Shown here in pieces: positions 42,961 through 54,887 of a DNA stretch of 64,000 nt. The translations under genes were made by a program, and so were the position numbers. The notes below the pieces were generated by a model. That model saw only the letters and a list, made by a program, of their open reading frames with translations, did not search any database and was not told the origin of the DNA. How positions within the stretch are numbered: the first letter of the stretch is position 1; each line of letters begins with the position of its first letter. Source of the DNA: Oopsacas minuta. Lineage: Eukaryota > Animalia > Porifera. The stretch is taken from positions 868,001 to 932,000 of the forward strand of contig JAKMXF010000365.1 in NCBI GenBank assembly GCA_024704765.1, read 5' to 3'.

Positions 42961-45900
42961 TTAAATTGTAGAACTAGTTGAATTGAGTCCGCTAGGAGGA
43001 TAGAAAGCATGAGTAGAGGGAGGCAGAGGTAATTCATTCTGCACTATCTCATTCAATAACGGAGTTGTAGGTACGGGACTGTATGAGTTGGTGTGATATA
43101 TGTTTGAGTTAGTGTTCATATTAAATGCGGTAGAGTTAGCGTGATGAGGATATGAGTTTAATGGGCTAGGACTATACGCGTTAATAGCTGAATGAGTGTT
43201 ATAAACAGGGTTAGAGTTCTGGTGCTGGGGATAGGGGGTGGTGTTAGCACCCATGTAGAGGTGTGAGCAGGAGGGCTGAGAAGGTGTCCTAGCGATAGGA
43301 GAGTAAACAGGGTGTTGCATGGGGATTGGAACCTTTGGGAAGAATGCAGGAGTTAACTGGTGTTGATGTTGTAATGGTGTAATCGGAGTAATAGGTTCAG
43401 GTAGAGGAGAGTAAGCATCCGAGTTTGTATATCTCTTAGGAAAGTAGTTAGGATAGTTTTGTATGTATTTAGGCATCTGTGAGGTATCCATTAATTCATC
43501 GGGTTGTGGTCTAGCAGGAGAGCTCATGAATGGAGAATGGACCTGTTTCATAGTCCTAGCAGCTGGGTATGTAGGTAGAGATGAGTATACTCCAGGAGTA
43601 GTGGGTCTCGTGTCCCATGGTCCCATCGGGTAGGGTGAGTTGCTAGGATAGGGTGTGTTAAGGGGTGTGGTAGGAGTATAGGGGTAAGGAGGGGTTGGAT
43701 TGGGAGGATACGGAGACTGAAATGTGAACTTAGCAGCATGAGAAGGTTGAGGTGTAATGGAATCTCTAACTGGTATAGAAGTAGCCTGGAAGTTATCAGA
43801 ACTCTCTTTCTCAAATTTGATTTTATTCTGAGCAAACGTTAGAGGAGTTATACGCGTAGAAGAAGGAGATATATTCAGATTCTGTAGAAGAGCTGAGTGT
43901 GACTGGTAGGGGAGAGGGGAGATAGGCTCGTGGGTTTGAGGAGGTTTCCTACGCTTAGCAATACCTAAAATAGCTTTAAACTTGTTAGAAGATAGATTAG
44001 TAATAGTACTGTTGTTATCCTTGATATGAGAGTCAGTTAACTGCTCTACTCGAGCTCGTACTCTCTTTATCTTCTCTTTATGTTTAGCTTGTATATGTAT
44101 ATCACTCTCATTACCCTTATCACGGAAGATAACGTGTAGATAGTGCTCGTAGCATTCAGATGGTATTCTTATTTCAGCGTGAATAGAAGTTAGGTAGTCT
44201 GATACAAATGACCAGTTTAGCTCTTGAGAAGGAGCTATTGATACCAATCCCAGTGGAGATTCTAAGTGATTCAAAACACAATGACACAATCTCCATTCAG
44301 AGGGTAACAGCCAGGGAGGATGAGCAAAGTGTTCGGGGGACAAGGTTGGCGACTTCTTGAGGGGTTCGTTGATGAGTTTTGATTTTAATTTCTTTTTGAT
44401 CCTCTGTTTATCTTCTTCAGATTTAATTGATATAAACAGATTATTTATCTGAGGGAGATCTTTCATTTTACGAATCAAACTCTTTCTATGAATATTAGAG
44501 GATTGAGTAAACTCTGTATCAGCTGTGGTTACAGACTGTAGTTGAGGAGGTTTGACCTTATAAACACCCATCTGTTCTTCACTCAGAAACATGATAGGCC
44601 CATTGGTACCAGTATATATAAGTTCTCCACCTGTATTGTACAGGGATGATATGAAAGGATCAACATAGATTCTGCTATCTGTCTCTAAGACAGGAGAGAG
44701 GATATCATAATCCATAAGATCTGTATCAGACGTGTAGGAGGGAGGGGGAGTAGGGGCCCGACTGGGAGAGGTAGAAGAAAGAGGAGTGGAGGGAGGTGAG
44801 TCGAAATAGTAGCCAGCCGGGCTATACCCTAAAAAATGGTTTTGTGTTTGATCTGATTCTCGTGCGAGTATAGAGAATATATTAGAAGGTGAGTGTTTGA
44901 ATGGAAGATTATGTAAATTTCTCTCCAGATAGAGGAGAGCAAAGTTCTCAATCGAATTCAGCTCTTCCTGTAGAGATAGGAAGTCACTCTCTATCTCAGA
45001 CCTCAAGGTTATCGGGAGAATACTAGAAGTTAAATTGTCTCTGTCACTCTGTTCTAGAATATCATTCTCCTCACTTATTTTAGCTTCTGTTGTTGCGTGT
45101 TTAGCGAATTTCGCATCTGTGTCTTCTTCAACTTCGAATAGAAGTGAAGATAAATTGTTACCATCTTCTCCAATTTTAGCAGCAATCTCTGTCAAACCTT
45201 TATCTAAGTCAGAAGAAGATTCAAAGAATTTTGTTGTAAAATGTCCTTCTTCTATAGCAAGTTCTCCTAACAACTTCTTTTGTTGTGATTTCTTTAAAAT
45301 ATTCACTTCAATAGTTCCTTCACAAATCAATCGATAAATGTGAACATTTTTAGTTTGTCCGATACGATGACATCTATCTTGTGCCTGAGCATCCATGGTT
45401 GGATTCCAGTCTATATCATAGAATATTACAGTATCAGCTCCTGTAAGGTTCATTCCAATACCTCCACTCCTTGTGGAGAGAATAAATACAAATATACTCG
45501 GATCGTTATTGAATCTCTCAACCAGATAGAATCTATCCTCTGGGGAGGTTGATCCGTCTAATCGGAAGTATTTATACCCATGGTAGTTGAGGAATACTTC
45601 TAGGATATTGAGCATACGAGACATCTGAGTAAACACTATAACTCTATGCCCCTCAGTCTTAAGCTGATAGAGTAACTTGTCTAGAACTTGTAGTTTACCG
45701 CAGTCATACTGTATCAGTCTAGTTTGTGGGAGTTGAAGGTAATCGTAGGACCTAAATATATCCCAGCTGTTACAAATTGACTCAGATATATGTCTACGTA
45801 TATAGCATTGATCTACAGTACTCTCGTAACACCATGGAGTGTCTAGAGCCGAGGTAGTGACTAGCCTCGGGGTCTGTGGTTTAACAGAGGGAATATACTG

Positions 45901-48900
45901 AGAGAATGTAGTTATGACGTAATAGTTATTCTCACAGAGAGGATCAGTGATGTGTGGTATATAACAGCTGATTTCCGAGGTAGTAGCATGACGTATGAAT
46001 GCGAGAGAATCTATTAAGTCAGCACCATAGAATATAGGACGATTGAGACGAGTACAATTAACAGAGTACATATACTCTAGTCTGTTAGCATACAATACCT
46101 CTTCTCTACTAACTTCTGTGTTATATTCTTGTAACAGCTGGGTTAAGCTATCCCCTATAAGATTATTAGATTCTGTGGTGGGATATGAGGGAAGAGGATT
46201 GTGTTTGTAAGGGAAGTTATCTGGTGTGAATCCCTCGTGTTTAACTGATAGAGAGTTAGCACGAAATGATCCAAATGCTGTCAAGTAGCTAGTAACCTCT
46301 GATATAAGGTCTAACCCTATTCTCTGAAATAATTCAAACTTATCCACTGTAACACCTGATACAAACCCTCTGGTTATACCGTGCATAAACAATAGAAATG
46401 GTAGTAGGATAGTGAGGGGATCAGTAGAGAGGGGACTGATGGCGGGACGAGGCTCGAATAGGTCTGGATGATTACACACCTTTCTTAACTGCATCAGAAT
46501 ATTTAGTAGGTTTATCGCTCCACCTGTCTTGATCCTGTCACGAGTATCACTCAATGACATATAGTCTTCATATAGGAAGCGCTGTCTCTTTGACAGATGA
46601 CAGGGAATGATGTGTTCAATCTTCTTGGGTAACTGTAGCTCAACTTCACATTTAAGTCTTCTGAGTAAGAAGGGCCTTAATATCCTATGTAATCTCTCCA
46701 CTACTCTATCTCTCTGTGTTTGGTTACCTTCTACTATTTCCATCAGAGGCTTTGAGAACCATTCCTTAAAGTCTGAGTGACAACTGAACAGATCTGGCAT
46801 TAAGAAATGCATGAGAGCCCATAACTCCATTATATTATTCTGTAGGGGAGTACCACTCAATAGAAGTCTCCGTCTAGATTTAAATGTGAGTAGAGTTTGC
46901 CATCTCTGTGATTTGTAATTCTTAATGTTCTGAGCTTCGTCTAGGATTATGTAATCCCAGTCGATCTTTCCCTTCAAACTCAGCTGATCTGTAACTGCCA
47001 GCTGATACGAAGTTATACAAACATGAAATGCATTCTGCTTTGTCCAGCCAATTCGTTTGTTACGTCTAACTTTAGCATTTCCGTAATAAGTTACTAGTTT
47101 GAAGGCAGGACACCATTTCTTGAACTCATACTCCCAGTTAAGAATAACAGAGGTTGGTACTATAATGAGGTGGGGACCCCATGTACCCTCCTGACAAGCG
47201 AGATGAGAGAGAAGTGCTATTGTCTGAATTGTTTTACCTAGACCCATTTCATCAGCTAAGAATCCATTTAGTCCTTGTGTGTGTAGCATAGATAGCCAGT
47301 TTAATCCTATGTGTTGGTACTCTCTCAGCTGTCCTCCCTTCAGGAGGGATGGTACAGGAATACTCACCTTAGAAGTAGATAGTGTGTTACCACTAGGTTG
47401 TAGATTCTTAGCTAGCTCTGCTGCTGTACTCAGCTCTCTGTTACCTAATTCCTGTTCTGCCTCTTTCAATACAGGCTTTGAGAGTATAGGAGTACTCCTG
47501 TTAGGCTCAGAAGATATAGAGTGATGGTTGTGAAGTAGCTTCTTAATGTATTCAGGAGGAAGAGAGTCTACAAGATCGTCAAGAGGTAGGTCTGCCTCCT
47601 TGTGGAGAGCTTTCACCTCGTCCTCCTCACCTGACCGCTCAGAATCAGACTCATAAGAACTGGAGTGACCGTTAACAGCTGTATAGTTAGGAGCTTGTAC
47701 TCCCATTCTTATTTTATGAGAATAATTCTCTGTTTGTGAGAGTAGATCAGACAACTGGGATTGTAAGTTGTATTTCTTAACGTGATCGTCTACTATTTGT
47801 TCTTTCCATTCTACTATCTTCACCATTTGAGACCAGAAGTTGTGTACCTAGATATGCAATAGAACCTCGTTAATACGAACATAGCACTCTGAATAAAGAG
47901 CACAAAATTTGTACACATTATCAATGTGTAATTTCAATGAACAATAAATATTTTGGTTACTACATGCTCGGGAAGAGAAGAATGCATTTCTATGAAAGAT
48001 TCAATATACAGATGAACCTGCATAAACCGACAAAATTTCCATATCCCATTACGGGTGTCAGTTTATGCAGGTTCAACTGTATACCGCATCGTCAACATAT
48101 TAACACATTTATAGATCATGACGGGTGCCAGAGTGTATCTATAGAAAGTGTTCACATATTTTGATGCGGAACTTCCCTGAACAACAACTATAGGGTCATA
48201 CAGGACACCTTACCAGCGATATGATATACGTATAGTCGTATACCTGTTTAGCGATTGCACTGGCTTTCCTCTTAATAGCAGCTTGCTCCTGAGCAACTCT
48301 TAACCTATCAGCTGACTCCTTGTCGTGATGGTACCGATCTACAGCCCGACTAATTCTCCTCAAAGTAGCAGCTCGATACTTACGCTCATAATCAAAGTCA
48401 GAAGCTAGCCAACTCATCTCTTCGAGCAGATAGTCCCAGTGTGCTTTAATTCTGGGAGGTTCCCATACCTTAGGTAGTCGAGTTGGCTCCCAGAGGCCCC
48501 GCTGTCTTAGGTTCAGCGCCCTCTTCAAGGTGCTGGACTCGTGCTGAATCTGGGAAATGGCCGGGTCGTCTTCTGAAGCATAATATAATGTAATAAATTG
48601 AAAATAATAGAATTAAACACAACTAAATAGGACGTAGAAATAACGAATATGTACAATTGTACATTGCTGAGAGTAATTTGTATTCAAAATGATCTTCCAA
48701 TAAAATACAGTAGAGTTTTCTCGTTAGCAACTTAGGTTTTGGTTCTCAAACAGTTGCTAATAACGGAACAAGATTACTACAAAATTTATATTTGGGAACT
48801 GAAAATAGGTTACACTAATAGACAATATATTGTTATTAAGAGAGTTGTCATGCTAATAAGCGACTCTACATTATATTAATGTATCTCTACAAGTGTATCA

Positions 48901-50190
48901 AAACGTAAAGATCACACTTGAACCATGGTAACAAGGAGATATATAATTTTGCATAAGATAGTAGCAGTGTATCTAGAATTATCAAATTATTTAGAATTAG
49001 ACGTATGGTATAGATATTGAATATTGGAATCAGTTCAGCTGTGGTTATCAAGGACAAACGAAAAAGTCTGGAACAGATCTATTCTTACGAATTCAAGTAT
49101 CATACTATCGAAATTTAAATGCTTAACCTCATATGTTCCAAACAGTAGGATTGCTATAGATATAGATTGGAAGAGCTTAGAGATCTAACTACTACACACA
49201 ATATACGGAAATACAGATATGTATTTGATAGATGCTTTGGATTCGTTCATCCTGAAATTAACCTGATAAGAACAACATTACGTAATACGTATTCTAATCA
49301 ATTCAGTTGGCAGATGCAGACCCAATTGTATGATACAGAAAATATATAAAGTTAATGTAACAAAGGGATAATTATAGTTTGTACAATTTATGACAGTAAC
49401 TACATGCGTAAAATAGTCAAGTTGAAGTCCCAGGAATATATAAAGATACCCTTGATCTGGTTGCTTAAGAAACTCAACAATTTGCTCAGCTGGGGATAAT
49501 TAATATACAATTACTTGAAAGAGTTGAAAAAAATTTCAACCATAAGAAAACGGTATCAGATATAATACAATGAGTGAACATACATTAGTATGTATTCTAA
49601 AATATCCATCTGAGAGTAAACCTACTATTGCCGAGAGGAGTGAGGGAAACGAACGAAGCGGAGAATTAGTCATATGATAAAGATACAGTATCTAACGTTA
49701 TAGAGTATTCGTATTAAATCAATAATTATTACGACATTAATCACAATGAGGCTTATGAATAATTAATATACTAGAGATTGAGTATACTAATATGTAATTA
49801 GAAATTAATATATATGTAATACTCACTTGTGACAGTTTGGCTGTCATCGTTAGAATGCCACATGTCAATCATGCGGTCTGGAGGTCGTGTCTGATGTCCT
49901 CTTGTGGGTCTAAGGAAGGACGTGAGGGTGTGTGGAGATTTTGGTGTACTCATTGCTTCTTTCCTGAGCTCTTCTACTCTTGAGTCCACTTGTTGCTGAG
50001 AAGATATTGAATTAGTACTAGCATCAATTAGGTTAGCGGTAGGAGAGAGGCCAGTCAATAAGAACCGCTCTTTCAGCAAATCAACATAGTCTGCTTCAAT
50101 AGCCTCGAGCTGAGACCTGTAGTGAATCAGAATCTGATTCTGTATAGGTTGCAGGGGTGAGGTAGCGGTAGGGGTATCGGCTACGTTCAT
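42961..50190 (-). CDS. SRCAP: SWR1-family remodeller (Domino/SRCAP/EP400 orthologue), 3 exons: 49827-50190, 48244-48572, 42961-47847 (~1859 aa)
   Basis: HSA domain (RLPKVWEPPRIKAHWDYLLEEMSWL), SNF2 ATPase (ADEMGLGKT, DEAQNIKN, QAQDRCHRIGQ) and a p400-like SANT domain. Splice phases match and the summed exon length of 5580 nt is divisible by 3. Confidence 0.9.
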
Positions 50191-50619
50191 CGGGCTTCAT
50201 AAGTATGTCAGGCACTAAGAGTAGCTCCAACCTGCATGGATAGAGTGCTAAGTGGGACTCAACACAACTCTAACCTGTAACAACACGGACATGCATGCCG
50301 GAATTGTTTGCAATTATACTCTCCTTTCATAATTCTCAATTTATACCAACGTATGCAATTACTTGAATAAAATTTTTTACAAAATTTTAGCATCAGTTGT
50401 ATACTTTACATTCAGGAGACACGAATTTTCACGATTAAATAGCGTATAACGGATAAATGTGAGTAAACCCTCGCTAATCAGAACATGCATAATGATATAA
50501 TCATTTGGAAATTGTCTAAATTCAAAATGTTTAAAAATACCAAATGTACTTGCAGGTAAAACAAAATACTATCTTAATAATGTACACATATATGCTATAT
50601 TTATCTTATAGTTTTGTTT

Positions 50620-50709
50620 CAATACCATTCACTCATCCGAACGAATTCACCCACCGAACGATTTTATTTTCATTTATACCGGACTGTTCGGATTAGTGAT
50701 GGTATACTG
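50620..50709. mobile_element. Short Tc1/mariner-type MITE, left end eroded
   Basis: ATACCATTCACTCATCCGAAC vs (rc) CAGTATACCATCACTAATCCGAAC. Confidence 0.5.
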
Positions 50710-50907
50710 TATGTAAGATAACAATTATGTTATATGCAAAATTCAATAGCAATATTATTAAATAATATTAATTAACAAACAGATAAAGTGATTTACACAA
50801 GAAATGCTATGAATTTATCTAATATGAGGATCGCGAGTATAAGCACTCTATAATATGAATACACTTCCGCTTTTCGCGATAATAAATAAGAATTACAAGG
50901 ATTCTGG

Positions 50908-53493
50908 TCATAGATAAGATGTAAAAAAGCGCAGAACATCTGATGCTAGTTGTGTAGTCTTTTCTCTTGCGAGAGGTGAGTCACATACTAAATTGTAGAA
51001 TGACAGCATCTGGTGAAGAAGTGTAGCCATCTTTTCAAAATCATCTATTCCCATTCTCTGAGAAAGTAGAGATTGTGCTTTACTGTTTTTAGAAGCAATC
51101 AATCCAACTAATAAACTAGTCATAGCTGCAATGATAGAGCTCTCAAAATTGGCTGTTGCCTTACCCTTAACTTCTTCCGAGGTAGCAGCTTCTCGAATGA
51201 AGTCTGACATTTCTTTGGCAGACATTGCCATGTTGTCAGCTTCAGGCTGTGTAGTGGGAATATCCAATTGCTCAACACTGTAAATACTGTCAAATGAACA
51301 GTCATGTGTCAACTTAGAATTGAAGTATTCAATAGGAAATGACACCTTCAAATGCCTTGAGTTGTCATCATCTAACATTGAAAGCTTGTCAAGTTGTGAC
51401 GTAGAGAATGAACTATATTTAGAAGTATCGGATTCTGCACTCAGATTATCCTCAGTTAATTTAATAACTTTAACGGGAGGTGAATTCGATAACTTTATAC
51501 GAGAGATTACTTGAGAGAGTTCTTGAGTTAAAATATCTGCCTCTTTCTGTTTAGCAATATACAAATTAATAAACTGTTTAAACAACATATCTCCATTTGT
51601 GGATGACAACTGTAAGAAAGATTCGCATGCTGCGTTAGATTTCGCGAGATGATTTATTAGAGCCATGAGTCCTATTATTTGTATATCAAACTGATATTCT
51701 GATATGTAACTAGGTGCCAGGGTAAGCACACAGTCTACAAGAGAAGTGAGAAATTCCGCAGACTCGTATATACTTCTAGAAAAAGTCTCTACTTCATTAC
51801 ACAACTCAGTAATTGATAACATTCCCTGTTTAAGACATTCATAAGCCACTATACAATTAGAATCAGCTAATAGACAATCTCTATTTAGCTCGATACATCG
51901 GAAAAATAAGTTAGGAAGCTGTACAGTACTGATCTCCCCCAGCTGGTGGAGAGAGGGTGGATATTTCTTCGTTAGACTATTCAGTGTAAGGAGAGATGTA
52001 GAAAGAGAAAATAAATGGAGATTTGATTGAGATTCTAATGATACTTCTGTTTTGATTTTACCAAACTGTTTGAATCTAGAATATTTATCAGGGCTCTTAC
52101 TCTCTGTATATTCTCCATTACTTGTTGTATGTTGTATTCTAATAGCAGCATCAATAGAGGATGCTATGAATGTAGTTATATAGTCTAGAGCTCCTAACTC
52201 AGCTAACTGCTGACAGAATTCTTCCTTCTGTAGAGATATCAGAGATTGTAGAGTCATTAGAGCTAATAACTGGTATATTATAGGACCTTTAGGAGGTAAG
52301 GGATGTGATTCTGTAGGTTCTAGTGAGAATAATATATCTGTTACTCGAGATTCTGTTGTCTTAGTAGCTCGTATGTATTCAGACTGTTGCATAGAAGAGC
52401 ATTGAGTTGATTGATTAACTTGTATATGTCCGTAATCTTTAGTTAGCTGTAAGATAACTTTAATAGTGTCTGAATCCAGTTCTGTAGAACTCCTATCTCT
52501 ACTGAGAGCATAGAGTAAGAGAGCAGCAGCTAACCTGAGGGGAGGAGGGGATGTTGGAGCATCAGAGAGGGATTGTATTAGCTGAGGCATCAGCTGATGG
52601 AAGCTCAGTTGACGTCTAAATAGAGGAGAGAAACACTCAGCTGCTAAAGAACACTGAGCTAGACAGCGAGTAGATACAGGTTGAGCTGGTTTTATTCCAT
52701 CCAGTAGATACTGTACTTCATCACGGAACATCTGTTGCTGACCTAGTTCTCTACACTGGTGAGGTTGCTTAATGTCAAATAATTCTACGCTAGTTGTAGC
52801 AGTCAGCTGTTCTTTGGGTCTCTTCGGAGATCTAGAGTCTTGTAGCTTCTGTTTAGTCTTGAGTAATTTGGGTTGTTTGTTCTTGTCTTGTTTAGGAGAT
52901 TTGAGTTTAGGGGGACCTATCTGTATTGGTAGTTCTAATGGAGGAGATAACTTGATGTCTGTTCTGTTCCGCTTCTTACGGGAGGATAGTATTTGCTGTC
53001 CGATAGGACCAGCTTCTGTGTCAGAGTCTGTATCAGGAAATCCGAAAAAATCAGCTGATAGAGACTCAGAGGTTATCAAGATAGGCATAGGCGGTTTGTT
53101 ATAAGAATTCAAGAACTTTGTTGGAGTATTCTTAACTTTCGTATCAAATGGATTGTTAGATTTCATAGAAGGGAGTGTGATAGATCTCTTTTGAATATTT
53201 TTACTAGCAATTGTATTATTGGGTCTAATCGAAGAAGATTGAGTCGAGTTCTTTTGGACTTTTCGCAACTTTTTAGATTCATTATTAGGAGAATTTGTGT
53301 GTTTAGTAGTTTTGAAAGTTGTCAAATTAGAATTGGTAATTTCAGATTTGATATAGTGATTACTATAATTTGACATGAGAGAGTCAAAATTGCTCTCAAG
53401 GAATGTAGAGCCATGTTTATGTGTAGATTTTCCGTATGTCGTCTTTATTGATGTGTTGGTAGATGTGACTGCTGAACTTGAGTTGATATTCAT
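50908..53493 (-). CDS. WAPL: Cohesin release factor WAPL, 861 aa, intronless
   Basis: FRDEVQYLLDGIKPAQPVSTRCLAQCSLA..LLLYALSRDR matches the WAPL domain. FGF motif (DFFGFPD). Confidence 0.92.
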   Translation of the reverse strand: MNINSSSAVTSTNTSIKTTYGKSTHKHGSTFLESNFDSLMSNYSNHYIKSEITNSNLTTFKTTKHTNSPNNESKKLRKVQKNSTQSSSIRPNNTIASKNIQKRSITLPSMKSNNPFDTKVKNTPTKFLNSYNKPPMPILITSESLSADFFGFPDTDSDTEAGPIGQQILSSRKKRNRTDIKLSPPLELPIQIGPPKLKSPKQDKNKQPKLLKTKQKLQDSRSPKRPKEQLTATTSVELFDIKQPHQCRELGQQQMFRDEVQYLLDGIKPAQPVSTRCLAQCSLAAECFSPLFRRQLSFHQLMPQLIQSLSDAPTSPPPLRLAAALLLYALSRDRSSTELDSDTIKVILQLTKDYGHIQVNQSTQCSSMQQSEYIRATKTTESRVTDILFSLEPTESHPLPPKGPIIYQLLALMTLQSLISLQKEEFCQQLAELGALDYITTFIASSIDAAIRIQHTTSNGEYTESKSPDKYSRFKQFGKIKTEVSLESQSNLHLFSLSTSLLTLNSLTKKYPPSLHQLGEISTVQLPNLFFRCIELNRDCLLADSNCIVAYECLKQGMLSITELCNEVETFSRSIYESAEFLTSLVDCVLTLAPSYISEYQFDIQIIGLMALINHLAKSNAACESFLQLSSTNGDMLFKQFINLYIAKQKEADILTQELSQVISRIKLSNSPPVKVIKLTEDNLSAESDTSKYSSFSTSQLDKLSMLDDDNSRHLKVSFPIEYFNSKLTHDCSFDSIYSVEQLDIPTTQPEADNMAMSAKEMSDFIREAATSEEVKGKATANFESSIIAAMTSLLVGLIASKNSKAQSLLSQRMGIDDFEKMATLLHQMLSFYNLVCDSPLAREKTTQLASDVLRFFTSYL

Positions 53494-53997
53494 GGCTCTA
53501 CGGTTTAGAACTAATTAGAAATTTGAAATGCATACATTTTAACATGAGTACAGCTGTTATAGATTATAGGTAATCTATGGTAAGAATAATGTGCTATGGA
53601 CATACGTCGGTCTGTGCGATCCTACCAAATTTAATATCCAATCGACAGAATTGGTTTATGAATAAGTATATTCGTAGATTTAGATAAACATGAATACACG
53701 CCTACTTACCGACCACTCGTAACTGTTTTTCCCTGGATAGTTTTCTCGGAATCCCTGAATTTCTAATTTCTATGTAAAATAATGAGTTTTTCCCACTTTA
53801 TGTGAAATGCCAGAAATAGCCAATATTTTCCTAGGATCAAATCCCTGGATGGTTGGCAAGTATGTCAGTAGTCACACTTTTAACTTTTGGATAATATGTC
53901 TCAAATTTAGCCTAGAGAATGTTCAGCGGCTAATCATGATAATTTACCTGAAATATATTTCCCAGAGCTACACTTACTGGCCTATTTATAAACATTT

Positions 53998-53998
<1 letters not shown>

Positions 53999-54033
<35 letters not shown>
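53999..54033. repeat. (TA)n microsatellite
   Basis: Direct reading. Confidence 0.95.
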
Positions 54034-54037
<4 letters not shown>

Positions 54038-54315
54038 GCATCCAGAATTCCTCATGCAGCTAACACACAACAGATACGAATCCAAGCAATGAGTAAAATA
54101 TTCTAAGTAGAGTAATACGTAAATATTCTGGATGAATACAGCTGTACGAGGTTAGAACCCTTAATTAATTGTGTGGATTCGAACATTAATTAACACTTTG
54201 AAGGAGGGGTTGTATGCTACCAGATGTAAGGAGATTCTATGATGTTAAGCTAAAATATTTCGAGTCAGTACCATCCCTTTGGAAAATTGTTAAATTCAGC
54301 GAATAAAAATAAGTA

Positions 54316-54627
54316 CAGCCAACCCTCCAAGATCCGGTCAGCGTCGTCCGAAGGGTGTTCAGATCTCAGAAATAAGTCTAGCTCTATAGTACTCCCAAAC
54401 TGTTTCAATGTTGAGATGCAATTAATTATGGAATAGAGATGATATTCAGAGTTTGTGGTGGGTAAGAAGCATGCTTGAAGTGAAAAAACATCTAAAGTAG
54501 GTGTTTTATGGGAAAAATTACCCCAAAATGTTAAATAATTTTGAACTAATTAAAAATATTCTGCGAAGGCGAAGTCCGTGCCGCGAGGGCTCAGATCTTA
54601 GAGGTCCGGATCTTGGAGGTTCGAATG
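54316..54627. mobile_element. Tc1/mariner-type MITE, same family as 562-827
   Basis: TA|CAGCCAACCCTCCAAGATCCGG ... CCGGATCTTGGAGGTTCGAATG|TA. Confidence 0.7.
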
Positions 54628-54887
54628 TATAGTAAATAATTATCTATTCAGTTGACATCATTTTTGACAGCTTATGTTAAAAAGGATGGAAACTGTTTTG
54701 ATGAATCATATGCGTGAACGAGTCAGAATTTTGAAAAATATAAAATAAGAAAAATGAGATTTATTGTATGTAAAAAAGGAAATTAGATAAGTAAAATGCC
54801 CCACTAGCATAACACTGAAATTCTATAGGCGAAAATAAGAGAATAAATCCATTCTAAAATAATCTGAAAAGTAAAGTGGTCAGGTTG

